Below are positions 51,745 to 63,432 of a stretch of 64,000 bases of DNA, in pieces (position 1 is the first letter of the stretch; each line of letters begins with the position of its first letter). The notes below the pieces were generated by a model. That model saw only the letters and a list, made by a program, of their open reading frames with translations, was not told the DNA's origin and searched no databases. The position numbers and the translations under genes were made by a program. Source of the stretch: Octopus sinensis (taxonomy: Eukaryota); the NCBI RefSeq assembly GCF_006345805.1, contig NC_043021.1, forward strand, positions 12,214,001 to 12,278,000, written 5' to 3'.

Positions 51745-52075
51745 AGTTATGATTCAGTTCAGTCCATAATCACTGAAGATTTGGGTATGAGATGCACGTC
51801 TGCCAAGTTTGTGCTAAGAGCTGACCAAAAAGACACTCAGGTTTCAGTTGCGCAAGATCTCCTTGATGGTATCAAAAACAATGAAAACCTTTTGAAAACC
51901 CTGTGTAGGCCTCTGAGCAGGTATCGCCAAGCTTTTGGCAAAGTTTGATGCAGATTCTCTGCTTAGCCTTCTCTGTCATGGCAAATGCAACAATCACATG
52001 CTACATACCTTCCTTCCAAGCACTGCTGTAAACAGCGGAAGTGAGCTAGAATGTTAAAACTTAGTGCACAAGCAC
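51745..52075. mobile_element. Rearranged mariner fragments
   Basis: Plus strand reads SVQSIITEDLGMRCTSAKFV; minus strand reads MTEKAKQRICIKLCQKLGDTCSEAY. Confidence 0.72.
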
Positions 52076-52079
52076 AGGA

Positions 52080-52814
52080 TAGTTCAAGGTCAATCTGTAC
52101 CACCAGATGATTTCAGAATCTCCTGCAACTCTTCTGGATGGTCTCCTTGTTTAAGTTGGTGAATGCTGCCATAATCCTTGCCTCCAGTTCATCTTTGGTG
52201 CTACAAGAAATATTGTTGGTTGCTTGCTCAACTACACCCCACAAATAATAATCAAGGGAATTGCATTCTGGGGAGTTAGGTGGCCAGATGTTAGGGGTGA
52301 TGTGGTTGCAGAAATTGTCTGACAGCCATGATTAGGTTCTCCTGCTTGTATGGCATGGTGCAGAGCCCTGTTGCCAAACATAGGGTCTTCCAGCAGCCAT
52401 CCTCTTGACCCAGGGCAGCATTACCTCCTCTAGGCACCTGATGTAGGTTTCTGTGTTGAATCTGAAGCTATGTGGGAAGACGAATGGAGACATAATGTCG
52501 CCATTACTAATGATCACTCTAAACACCATGATGTTGACTGGATGTTTGATTTTTATCACTCTCGATACATGTCCTCAGATTGATGCCCAAACACTCCGAA
52601 ATGTTCATATTGGAGCTTCCAGCATGAATGCCAAGCAGTATAGCATGTTGTTTCCAAATTTCTGGCAGAGCAAATTGTGTCATGGTGCTGTTTTTCTCAC
52701 AGATGGTGCCCAACTGACCCTACTATACTGTGTAGTCGAAAAAAATCAAAGACAAACAATGTGATTGCATGAAAATAAAAATATAAATGGTGACGATTTA
52801 CCCCTCGCACCCTG
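52080..52814 (-). mobile_element. Tc1/mariner superfamily relic (maT/DD37D-like), internally deleted
   Basis: TA plus cagggtgcgaggggtaaatcgtcacc end; IMVF..I..NG, YVWQQGSAPCHTS, WPPNSPECNSLDYYLWG. A small related piece lies at 55755-55880. Confidence 0.8.
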
Positions 52815-52828
52815 TATGTATATATATG

Positions 52829-52895
<67 letters not shown>

Positions 52896-53152
52896 GAAAT
52901 AGTAATGCAATACGAGAGTATTGCTTTCCAGTAAGGATAGCCCCGTGAGGGTAAAATTATACATAAAAGTAGATCAATGGTACAACGAAGCACCGATATC
53001 TACTGGAAAATAGCGAACATAATAAATACGACGCTAATGTATCACTTCACTGCGTATGTACTAGTAAAGATGCGTGTGTGCAACAAACATGAAAAAAATT
53101 GTCTTACCTCTAGGAAAAACATCTGAAAAATGAAAAACCTAGATAATGGATA

Positions 53153-53225
53153 ATGCAGTACCGGTTTCGGATTTTTCAAAATACGCTTGCCAAACGTAAA
53201 CTTGATTTATCCTCATCAGCTGCAT
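53153..53225 (-). ncRNA. Type I hammerhead ribozyme
   Basis: augcag CUGAUGA ggau[...]aucc GAAA CCGG UA cugcau: all core residues, 6 bp stem I, 4 bp stem II with an extended hairpin, palindromic stem III, GUA triplet. Confidence 0.78.
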
Positions 53226-53414
53226 AAACCTCGACAATATTTCAAAAGTTGCCACATCTATGCCAGTACACTCGTCTGAACGCCACAACGTTAACAGAAC
53301 GAGAACAGTGAAGAAGTTTCAATGAAAATAGTAATGCAATACGAGAGTATTGCTTTCCAGTAAAGGATAGCCCATGAGGGTAAAATTATACATAAAAGTA
53401 AATAAATGGTACAA

Positions 53415-53697
53415 CGAAGCACATTAATAGACATACACATGCTCCACATTCAACGTTACAGTTTTTCAACTTAATGTTGTGATAATTACAATGTAGAAGA
53501 AAAAACATACACATATTAATATCTAAAGGCAGATATAGAGAGTCAAGGTTACTGTCTATTAGTTTATTACTCTCTATATCTGCATTTAGATATTAATATG
53601 TGTATGTTTTTTCTTACTACATTGTAATTATCACAACATTAAGTTGAAAAACTGTAACGTTGAATGTGGAGCATATGTATGTTATTAATGTGCTTCG
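53415..53697. repeat. Foldback inverted repeat, ~128 bp arms, with a third arm copy at 53931-54047
   Basis: Arms 53415-53543 and 53569-53697; 25 nt loop. Confidence 0.9.
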
Positions 53698-53757
53698 TAT
53701 TATTACGTTTGCTATTTTCCAGTAGATATCGGTGCTTCGTTGTAACCAATTTATTTA

Positions 53758-53812
<55 letters not shown>

Positions 53813-54186
53813 ATATATACATATATATATACCAAATTGAGATAGGGGTTGTAAATGCAACCCCCATGGGATACCATATATCCATTTGACATTTTGTAAA
53901 TTAATAAGAACTAATAGACAGTAAACCTTGACTCTCTATATCTGCATTTAGATATTAATATGTGTATGTTTTTCTTCTACATTGTAATTATCACAACATT
54001 AAGTTGAAAAACTGTAACGTTGAATGTGGAGCATTTATGTTTATTAATTTTTTTTATTATTTATATCATTATGTATATTTATATTTATATATATGAGTAT
54101 GAGTATATGCACTCATATGTATATGTATATGTTTTATTATGGGTATATACCCACACCTTATAAGTATATATGTACTCTAATTTGTA

Positions 54187-54311
54187 ATCTCTGAAGAGGC
54201 CTTAGGATGTTTTTGTAAATGTCTCATTTATAACTACATATTGACCTACCATAAATGGCTAATATGAGTTGAATGAGACATGCTTATCTACATGGCCGAA
54301 CAGCTTAAGAT
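54187..54311 (+). ncRNA. Decayed hammerhead-like motif with a long stem II insertion
   Basis: aucu CUGAAGA ggcc[92 nt]ggcc GAA-CAGCU-UA agau; two single-base gaps relative to GAAACAGCUGUA at 3649-3660. Confidence 0.45.
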
Positions 54312-54699
54312 ATAGTCTATATTTATATTTATGTGTACTTATATGTATTCTATTATACGTATTCACTTATTGTATAACATTACTATTTTATGTACACTCC
54401 TTCATGTACACTGCTTTACCCTGTTTTACCCTGCATTATTATGTTTAACCTTATAGTTTCTTATGTAGTGGTTTAATAAAGTATGTGATTGAGTATTATC
54501 TGGTAATTGATATTTGATTTCGATGTATTTCTCCATCTTCTTATTTTGTATATATATATATATATATATACACACACAGATAGAGAGAATATGGTGATAT
54601 GAGAAAAAAATAGGGAGAAATCTGACTTAAGGTGGGAAGTCATTGAGAAAGAAGCGGGAAGGATGACTGAAAAAAAACTGTGTGTGTGTGGTGTGTGTT

Positions 54700-54734
<35 letters not shown>

Positions 54735-55334
54735 GTGTGTGTGTGTGTATGTGTGTGTGGTGTCTGTGTGTGTAAAAGCTGAGAGAGAGAAAGAGAGAAA
54801 AAAAGTGATGAAGGCTAAGTGAAAGAAGCTGGAAATGGTGTGACCTGATGTGGTCAGACGACTATCTTAGGTAGCTGTGGAGAGAAACTAGTCTGGTGGG
54901 TCTTTGACTGTTGTATAGACATTTATTGTGAGCTTGAAGTTGGACGGACAAGTTATTAGTTCAGCAAGTATAGTGTTGTCACTGCCACCACCACAACCAC
55001 AACCACCACCACCTACTTTCAATATCATCATCATCATCATCATCATCATGGTTATTATCATCAGCAGTATCATCATTGCCATCTGATGATTATGATGATG
55101 ATGACGATGATTATCATGATGTGTATGCTTATGTATGTGTGTGTGTGTGTGTATATACTATATATATATATATGTATTTATATATGCATATATTTACATA
55201 TATATGTATGCATATGTTTGTATTTATGTGCGTGTGCATATATATATATATATGTGGTATGTATGTATGTATATATGTATTATGTGTATATATAATATAT
55301 ATATGTATATATATATTGTTATTTATGTGTATCT

Positions 55335-55385
<51 letters not shown>

Positions 55386-55409
55386 CATATATATGATATA
55401 TATATATAT

Positions 55410-55446
<37 letters not shown>

Positions 55447-56069
55447 TCTATAGAGAGAGAGAGAGGAGAGAGAGAGAGACAGGTCTATAGATATATATTG
55501 GTGTGTGTATATATATATATGAAAATATGCTTGCATGTATTTATATATGTATCTATGTATGCAGTAGATAGATACACATGAACGTTGGTAGTTCAACTTT
55601 AGTTCATCCATGCAACATATTTAATCACTGAGAGTGCTCAACACCCCAACAGGTATTCTGTGCTATACCTATATTTTACCACATGATTTAAAGAAAAGGG
55701 GTTTTAAGCAGACCTCAAATATTCTGCATCAGAAAATATTGAATTTTTCTATCACTATCGGTACATGTCCTCAGATTGCACTGTCCTCAGATTGAATGCC
55801 CAAACATTCTGAAATGTTCATAGTGGAGCTTCCAGCATGAGTGTCAAGCAGTATAGCATGTTTCCAAATTTCTAGCAGAGTGAATATACTATACATATGT
55901 ATATGTATATATACATATGTGTATGTATAGTATATATATATATTTATATATATATTAATATAATATATATATTATATATTATATATATATAATATATATA
56001 TATATATATTATATATATTATATATATACACATATGTATGTGTGTGTATGTATCTGTAATCTGTGTGCA

Positions 56070-56860
56070 TGTGTCTTTGTACCTGTGTTTGTCCCGCCAC
56101 TATGCTTGACAACTAGTGTTAGTATGTTACGTATCTGTAACTTAGCGGTTCAGCAAAAGAGACTAATGGAACAAGTACCACGCTTAAAATAATAAATGCT
56201 GGGGTTGATTCATTTGACTAAAAATTCTCCATAGTGGTGCCCCAGCATGGCCACAATCTAATCACTGTTGCAAGTAAAAGATAAAAGATAAATTATTAAG
56301 CTGATGTTTGGAATGTATGTGGTTAGAAGCTTGCTTTCCAACCACATGATTCTGGGTTCAGTCCTACTGCATGGAACCTTGGGCAAGTATCTTCTACCAT
56401 AGCCTCATGTTGACCAAAGCCTTGTGAGTGGGATTTGGCAAATGGAAACTGAAAGAAGCCCATCATATATATATGTATGTATGTATTTATGTATGTATGT
56501 ATTATGTATGTATGCATGTATGTATGTATTTATGTATGTATGTATTATGTATGTATGTACGTATGTATGTATGTATGTATGTATGTATTTATGTATGTAT
56601 GTATTATGTATGTATGTATGTATGTATGTATATATGTATGTATGTATGTAGTTATGTGTGTGTTTCCCCCCCCCATCACTTGACAACGAATGTTGGTGTG
56701 TTTACATCCCCGTAACTCAGCGGTTCAGTAAAAGATACCAATAAAATAAGTACTAGGCTTCCAAAGAATAAGTCCTGAGGTTGATTTCTTGGACCAAAAA
56801 ACCCTTTAAGGTGTGCTCCAGCATGGCCACAGTCAAACGAACTGAAACAAGAATAAAAGA
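56070..56860 (+). mobile_element. SINE family B 3' half, then a full copy (56305-56860) with an expanded internal (TATG)n
   Basis: Consensus motifs flank about 190 bp of microsatellite. Confidence 0.8.
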
Positions 56861-57369
56861 ATGAATTGACATGAAATTTTGATTGAAGATTTTTAATTCA
56901 GACCACTTTAAAACATAAGGTTTTGCATCCTGGCATTGGAGCCTGTCTTAGGTTTGTTGGCATCAAAGAGAAAAAGATGCTATCCATTCGGAAGGATTGA
57001 ACTCAGAAACACACAGATGCAAACCAAACTTCTTAACCACACAGCCATTGTTTGCACTTAACTCTTGAGATTTCAATCACAACAAAAAATAGAAATCTCT
57101 GCTTGAAGAAATAATTATCAGAGCACAAAGATTGTATTATCTCTTTCCTAAGATCTTGAGATGGTGATGTTGATATTTGTAGTTACAGACGCTGGTGAGG
57201 ATAAATAGTATAGGTGGTGGTGGTGGTAGTGGTGGTGGCAGTGGTGGTGGTGGTGGTGAATGTGTGGTGATGGAGAAGGTGAAGGTAAAAGGAGTTATGG
57301 GTTAGAAGGTGGTGATGATATATATTTATATATATATATATATTTCTGTAGTTTCAGCTCAGAGCTGCG

Positions 57370-57439
<70 letters not shown>

Positions 57440-57496
57440 TCATCATTTAACGTCCGTTTTCCGCGCTAGCACATATATATATATATATATATATTA

Positions 57497-57737
57497 TATT
57501 GAGTTGGTGCATAATTACTGTGGCTTTTTTTCAGCAAAAACAATAACAATATTTCACAAAAACAGCTTTAAATGACGGTCTGACCGTCTGCCAAGCAAAT
57601 GGGAAGCTGTAATTGAAGTAGATGGTGAATATGCTCCGGAATAATCATTTAAAGACGTTTTTGTTAAATGTTGTTATTGTTTTTGTTAAATAAAATTTGC
57701 TGAAATAAAGCTGCAATAATTATGCACCAACCCAATA
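57497..57737. mobile_element. Mariner-type MITE
   Basis: TIRs tattgagttggtgcataattactg and the reverse complement tattgggttggtgcataattattg; TA ends; 241 bp. Confidence 0.8.
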
Positions 57738-57769
57738 TACACACACACATGCAGGCACACTTGTCGACT

Positions 57770-58262
57770 GAAAAGGTCACGTTGACCAAAGTACTTTTAT
57801 GGAATGTGACCAAATGAGGGTTACTTTTCAACAGAGTTCGCCCCTTTATGTCCACACACTTCTTCCATCGGTGTTACAGTGCTTGGATGCCGTTGATGAA
57901 GAAGCTTTCATCCTATTGGTCAAAAAGTCATCAACGGCAGATATAATGGTATTTTCACTGTGATACTGGCTCCCAGCCAAGTGATTTCTTTTCATGTTGG
58001 GGAACAGATGATAATCAGATGAGGCTAAATCAAGAGAATAGGGACAATGATCAACCAGTTCAAAGCCATAATCATGCACGGAGCCATGGAAGGCAAGGAC
58101 TTGTGCGCTGGAGCACTGTCCTGATGAAACAAGAACCCTTTCATCAGTTTACCTCGACACTTGGTCTTGGCAGCCTTTTGGAACTACCTCAGCAAGTTGG
58201 TATGGTACTTCCCATTGATGGTGTGGCTTTTTTGAAGAGAGTCAACAAACACAATGCCTTTT
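57770..58262 (-). mobile_element. Mariner transposase C-terminal relic
   Basis: VLFHQDSAPAH...GFELVDHCPYSLDLASSDYHLFPNMK. Confidence 0.82.
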
Positions 58263-58580
58263 TGTTGTACTGTAATTTGTTATGTACAATAAATAAAATA
58301 ACCAGACAACAGTAGAAACAATGTAACGAACTAACAAATCTCTTTACGAAAAAGCAACAATCAATATTCCTTGTGAACTAACCAACTGACACCTTCCGAC
58401 TTCACAGCAAACTAACACAAACTTCACTCGACTCAGAAACTCTGAATGTCGAACACATTTGGATCCTTACTATTTATACTTTACTCGGACCAGTCTATCT
58501 CTTGCAAGGGGGCATCGTAACTCTCAACACATCACTTTTGCATCCCCCAAAAACTGAGGCAATAACCTTCCCTGAAGACA

Positions 58581-58750
58581 TTTAGCAGCATTTCATCTAT
58601 CATTATATTCTGAGTTCAAATTCTGCCAAGGTTGACTTTGCCTTCCATCCTTTCAAGCTCAGTAAAATAAGTACCAGTTGAGCACTGGGGTCGATGTAAT
58701 CAACTTACATCCTCCTCTGGAATTGCTGGCCATGTGCCAAAATTTGAAAC
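58581..58750 (+). mobile_element. SINE family A, 5'-truncated
   Basis: ttctgagttcaaattctgccaaggttgactttgcc body. Confidence 0.75.
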
Positions 58751-59205
58751 GGATACATTTAATAGGTAACTGGAGGATATAGTGAAGGCACATTGCTTAG
58801 TGGTTAGGGTATCCAGATTACAATTGTAAGGTTGTGAGTTCAACTCCCAGTGAAGCATTGTGTCCTTGAGCAAGACACTTTATTTCATGTTGCTCCAATT
58901 CACTCAGCTGGCAAAATTCAGTTGTACCTGTAATTCAAAGGGGCCAGCCTTTTCACACACTGTGTCACACTGAATCTCCCTGAGAACTACATTAAGGGTA
59001 CACGTGTCTGAAGAGTGCTTAGCCACTTTTATTCTTTTACTTGTTTCAGCCATTTGACTGCGGACATGCTGGGGCACCGCCTTAACTCGCGTGTTAATTT
59101 CTTGCATGTGGTAGTGGTGGTGGTGGTGGATCATGGTTATGAATGTGTGTACGTGTGTGTGTATGTGTGTGTATGCCTCTGTGTGTGTGTGTGTAGCAGT
59201 GATGT

Positions 59206-59700
59206 TTAATCCTTTGCAATCTAAACTGGTCATATCCATCCCAAATATCCTATCTGTTTTCATGTTCAAACTGGCCAGATCTGGCCTCTCACGCTTACCT
59301 TACAATGCCATCTGGCCTCTTGCACTTACCTTAAAATGCCATCTGGCCAGATCTGGCCTCTCACACTTACCTTACAATGCCATCTGGCCTCTTGCACTTA
59401 CCTTACAATGCCATCTGGCCTCTCACACTTACCTTACAATGCCATCTGGCCAGATCTGGCCTCTCACACTTACCTTACAATGCCATCTGGCCTCTTGCAC
59501 TTACCTTACAATGCCATCTGGCCTCTCACACTTACCTTACAATGCCATCTGGCCAGATCTGGCCTCTCGCACTTACCTTACAATGCCATCCTTAAAATAA
59601 ACTTTCACATCATTGAACTCTTGAAGCTACGAAATATTTAATTCAAAACATGATTTAATTCAAAACAAGGTGAGTAAGTAAGCATTGCATTTGGCAGGTG
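59206..59700 (+). mobile_element. Possible piggyBac-like non-autonomous element with an internal tandem array
   Basis: Starts ttaa-tccttt (degenerate TTAA-CCCTTT); right end not found. Confidence 0.35.
59271..59590. repeat. 31 bp tandem repeat (nine units) with 10 bp linkers
   Basis: Unit ctggcctctcacacttaccttacaatgccat; linker ctggccagat. Confidence 0.92.
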
Positions 59701-59989
59701 ATGGTGATGGCGCTGGTGCTGGTGAGGTTGATGGGGTTGGCAATGGTGATGGTGTTGGTGGGTGGTGGTGGTGGGAATAGTGCACAGGGTGTGATGGTAC
59801 AGCTGGTGTGTGGCAATGGCTGGGGTAGGGTTGTGATGGGGTGGGGTGGGGGTATTGGTTGACGGTGAGAAACTTCCTCGAGAAGAAACTAGACCGTGAC
59901 AATGTAAAGTGTTTTGGTTGAAGACATTAACTAAAGCGGCAGATCTTTGATCACGTTTTATCTATATATTTATGTATTTATTATATTTG

Positions 59990-60250
59990 TTTGTTTGTTT
60001 GTTTGTTTATTCATCATCGCCATCATTATACTTATCGTCGTTGTCATCATCATCATCATCACTGTCGTTGTTGTCATTATCGCTATCACAACCACTACAA
60101 CCACCACTACCAACAACATACCTATTGTCACCACTGCGGCCACCACCACCACCACCACCACCACTACCATCATCATCATCATCATCATCATCATCACTGT
60201 CGTCGTCATCATTATCATCATCATCATCATCGTCATTATCATCATCATCG
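59990..60250. repeat. Trinucleotide low-complexity tract (CAT/CAC/CGT)
   Basis: Directly visible; a similar (CAT)n tract lies at 46885-46957. Confidence 0.92.
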
Positions 60251-60379
60251 GGTTTGTTTTTTAGTTGCACTTAAAACGGCAGACTTTGATGTCGCATTAA
60301 CAAAGTTTTGACATAGTTTCAGTCTTTTTTGAAAAGTAAAAATTTTGCATTATGTAGCTTGTTATTCATGGATCACCGT

Positions 60380-60522
60380 CTTTAGTCGAGCAAATCGACC
60401 CAGGACTTATTCTTTGTAAGCCTAGTACTTATTCTATCGGTCTCTTTTGCCGAAAGAGCCCGATAGAATAAATACTAGGCTTACAAAGAATAAGTCCTGG
60501 GGTCGATTTGTTCTGACTAAAG
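60380..60522. repeat. Foldback made from the 3' part of SINE family B
   Basis: ~68 bp arms around the 5 nt loop tgccg (60448-60452). Confidence 0.88.
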
Positions 60523-61240
60523 GTGATGCTCCAGCATGGCCGCAGTCAAAACGACCGTAGCAAACAAAGGAATAAGAGAATATGCTCTGTATAAGCAAAG
60601 ATAATGCAGAGCAAGGAAGAACCACTTCTGCTTTTGTAGGTAACAACGTAACCTCTCATCACGCTGGTACCATGATGAAATGCACCCAGCTCACTTAATA
60701 AAATGCTTGTCAAATGATCGCAGATGTTGCAGGGTTAAGGTGACAGGCACGATGGTGGTGGTGGTGGTGGTGGTGGTTATTGAGGGGTTGTGGGTGGGGG
60801 ATGGGGGTCTCTGTGATAAGAACTTGACAGCATCTTCAGTTCTGGTGCCACTTTGTAATAGAGTCCTGAAACACACTTTGTGGAGCGGGGGGGGGGGGTG
60901 TTAAGGAGGACATTCAGCCGTGGCTGAAATGAAATCAATGCTAAAATGAAACATGAATGAGACGTGGTTCACCCCCCACCCCGATCCCCCCCGACCCACC
61001 AGCTGAGAACAGTGACAAGAAATTACTGTGAAGTGTGGAAACCTTGCCAAACTGTGCCACACCATGGAAAAGCAGATGTAATATAGGGATGATGAAGATG
61101 ATGATGATGATTTTACATACAAATGTATGTGTTTATGCTGGGATTTGTTTGTATACTTGTGCATATGTGTCAATGTAATTATGTGTATGTGTGTGTGTGT
61201 GTGTGTGTGAGTGTTTATGCATATATATATATATATATAT

Positions 61241-61349
61241 GGCGCAGGAGTGGCTGTGTGGTAAGTAGCTTGCTAACCAACCACATGGTTCCGGGTTCAG
61301 TCCCACTGCGTGGCATCTTGGGCATGGAAACTGAAAGAAGCCTGTCGTA

Positions 61350-61404
<55 letters not shown>

Positions 61405-61615
61405 ATGTGTTCGTGTGTCTGTGTTTGTCCCCCTAGCATTGCTTGACAACCGGTGCTGGTGTGTTTACGTTCCCATCACTTAGCGGTTTGGCAAAAGAGA
61501 CCGATAGAATAAGTACTGGGCTTACAAAGAATAAGTCCCGGGATCGATTTGCTTGACCAAAGGCGGTGCTCCAGCATGGCCGCAGTCAAATGACTGAAAC
61601 AAGTAAATGAGAGAA
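61241..61615 (+). mobile_element. SINE family B with an internal deletion
   Basis: gggca is joined directly to tggaaactgaaag, dropping about 55 bp of the core. Confidence 0.85.
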
Positions 61616-61994
61616 AGAGAGAGAGTATATATATACACACACACACGTACATATATGCACACACACATATATATGTATACACACACACACATATATATAT
61701 ACACGCATATATATATACATACATATATATAGTCAATTAAAACTGAATTAGTGTGACAGCGACAAAAAAGCTACGTTAAGAATATTATTCAACTACTAAT
61801 GTACTTGAATGACGTGTGTGTGTGTGTATGCATATATATATATATATATATATAAGTTCAAATAAAGGTTACAAACCTCATTAAGAGATAATTTTATTCA
61901 CTTATCTTATCAGTTTACTAATATTAATTAACTCACCATAACTTCAATTACAAGACAACCTTATTTTCTAGAGTACACAGAAATTTATATCCAA

Positions 61995-62186
61995 ATTCTG
62001 TTGTGTTTGGGGAGAGTCATTTTCTTTTTGTGCTTTATAATGTAAGACACTCACCGGTAAAATTTTCACTTATTTCTTATTTTTAAAAATGAAAATAAAA
62101 ATAAGAAATAAATGGAAATTTTACCGGTGAGTGTGTTACATTATAAGGCACAAAAAGAAAATGACTCTCCCCAGACACAACAGAAT
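61995..62186. repeat. Foldback inverted repeat, ~91 bp arms, 10 nt loop
   Basis: attctgttgtgtttggggagagtcatttt... pairs with ...aaaatgactctccccagacacaacagaat. Confidence 0.92.
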
Positions 62187-62406
62187 ATGCTTCAACACAC
62201 GAACTCATATAAAGAATCTTGCAAACCAAATCCAAAAACGAAATACATCCAAATTACTAATCTAATAATATAATCACAGCCTACTATAATGTAAAATATA
62301 ATAAAGTATATTAGAATTAATTAAAAAGTATTTAAACATATTATAAAAATATATATATACTTTACCTGTTATTAGTCTGTGGGGAAAGAAGATAATATTA
62401 ATCAAC

Positions 62407-62484
62407 GCTACATGCGTTTCTGCCCTGGTGGTTTGTTTTACCAGGTTGTACCTAATACATAAATCCACCAGTGCATCCTCAGGC
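62407..62484 (-). ncRNA. Type I hammerhead-like motif with strong stem II and weak stem I
   Basis: gc CUGAGGA ugcacuggugg[...]ccaccagggca GAAA CGCAUG UA gc. Confidence 0.55.
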
Positions 62485-62700
62485 TATTTTTCTTTTTATT
62501 ATTATTATTAACAGATCCAACTTAATCATACAAATTCTAAGATATCTTCACAAAAAATAGGAATAAAAATAAATATATACATATATATATAACTTCCTAA
62601 TATATTTTTACAAAATTTAAAAGATTTTAAAAATTAAAAAATTTTAAAATTCAGAAAAATTTAATATAAGTAAACACCTAAAAATATAATAACGATTTAT

Positions 62701-62745
<45 letters not shown>

Positions 62746-63045
62746 GAAAGTGCCAAACATAAAGAAACCCTCATAGACAACTTTATAATCACGTCAAATT
62801 AAACTGCCTATCTATATTAACTTTATGGGAATTAATAATTTGTTGTGAAATTTACCCCTATCAGTACTAGTATATATTACCATTATGTCAAACGTGAGTT
62901 AATAATATTTAAAAAGTAAAAAACCTCTATATATGTTACAAATTTAATGAATAAACCTGGTAAATGAAACTATTTACCACAATTAATAATAATTAATAAA
63001 TATGTATATATTACATATTTATACAAATATGTATATATGTACACA

Positions 63046-63432
63046 GGCACAGGAGTGGCTGTGTGGTAAGTAGCTTGCTTACCAACCACATGGTTCTGGG
63101 TTCAGTCCCACTGCATGGCACCTTGGACTGACCAAAGCCCTGTGAGTGGATTTGGTAGACGGAAACTGAAAGAAGCCTGTCATATATATATGTGTGTGTG
63201 TGTGTGTGTGGTGTGTGTGTGTATGTTTGTGTATCTGTGTTTGTCACCTCAACATCTCTTGACAACCGATGGTGGTGTGTTTACGTCCCTGTAACTTAGC
63301 GGTTTGGCAAAAGTGACCAATAGAATAAGTACTAGGCTTACAAACAATAAGTCTTGGGGCCGATTTGCTCGACTAAATGTGGTGCTCCAGCATGGCCACA
63401 GTCAAATGACTGAAACAAGTAAAAGTAAAAGA
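63046..63432 (+). mobile_element. SINE family B with a small internal deletion
   Basis: Same consensus as the other family B copies. Confidence 0.85.

Noticed and set aside
59271-59590. CRISPR-like array
   Set aside because: Units are contiguous with no unique spacers, the context is eukaryotic and there are no cas genes.
59947-60311. Poly-His, poly-Ile and poly-Asp ORFs (also 46859-47179)
   Set aside because: Open in several frames on both strands because they are (CAT)n-type repeats.
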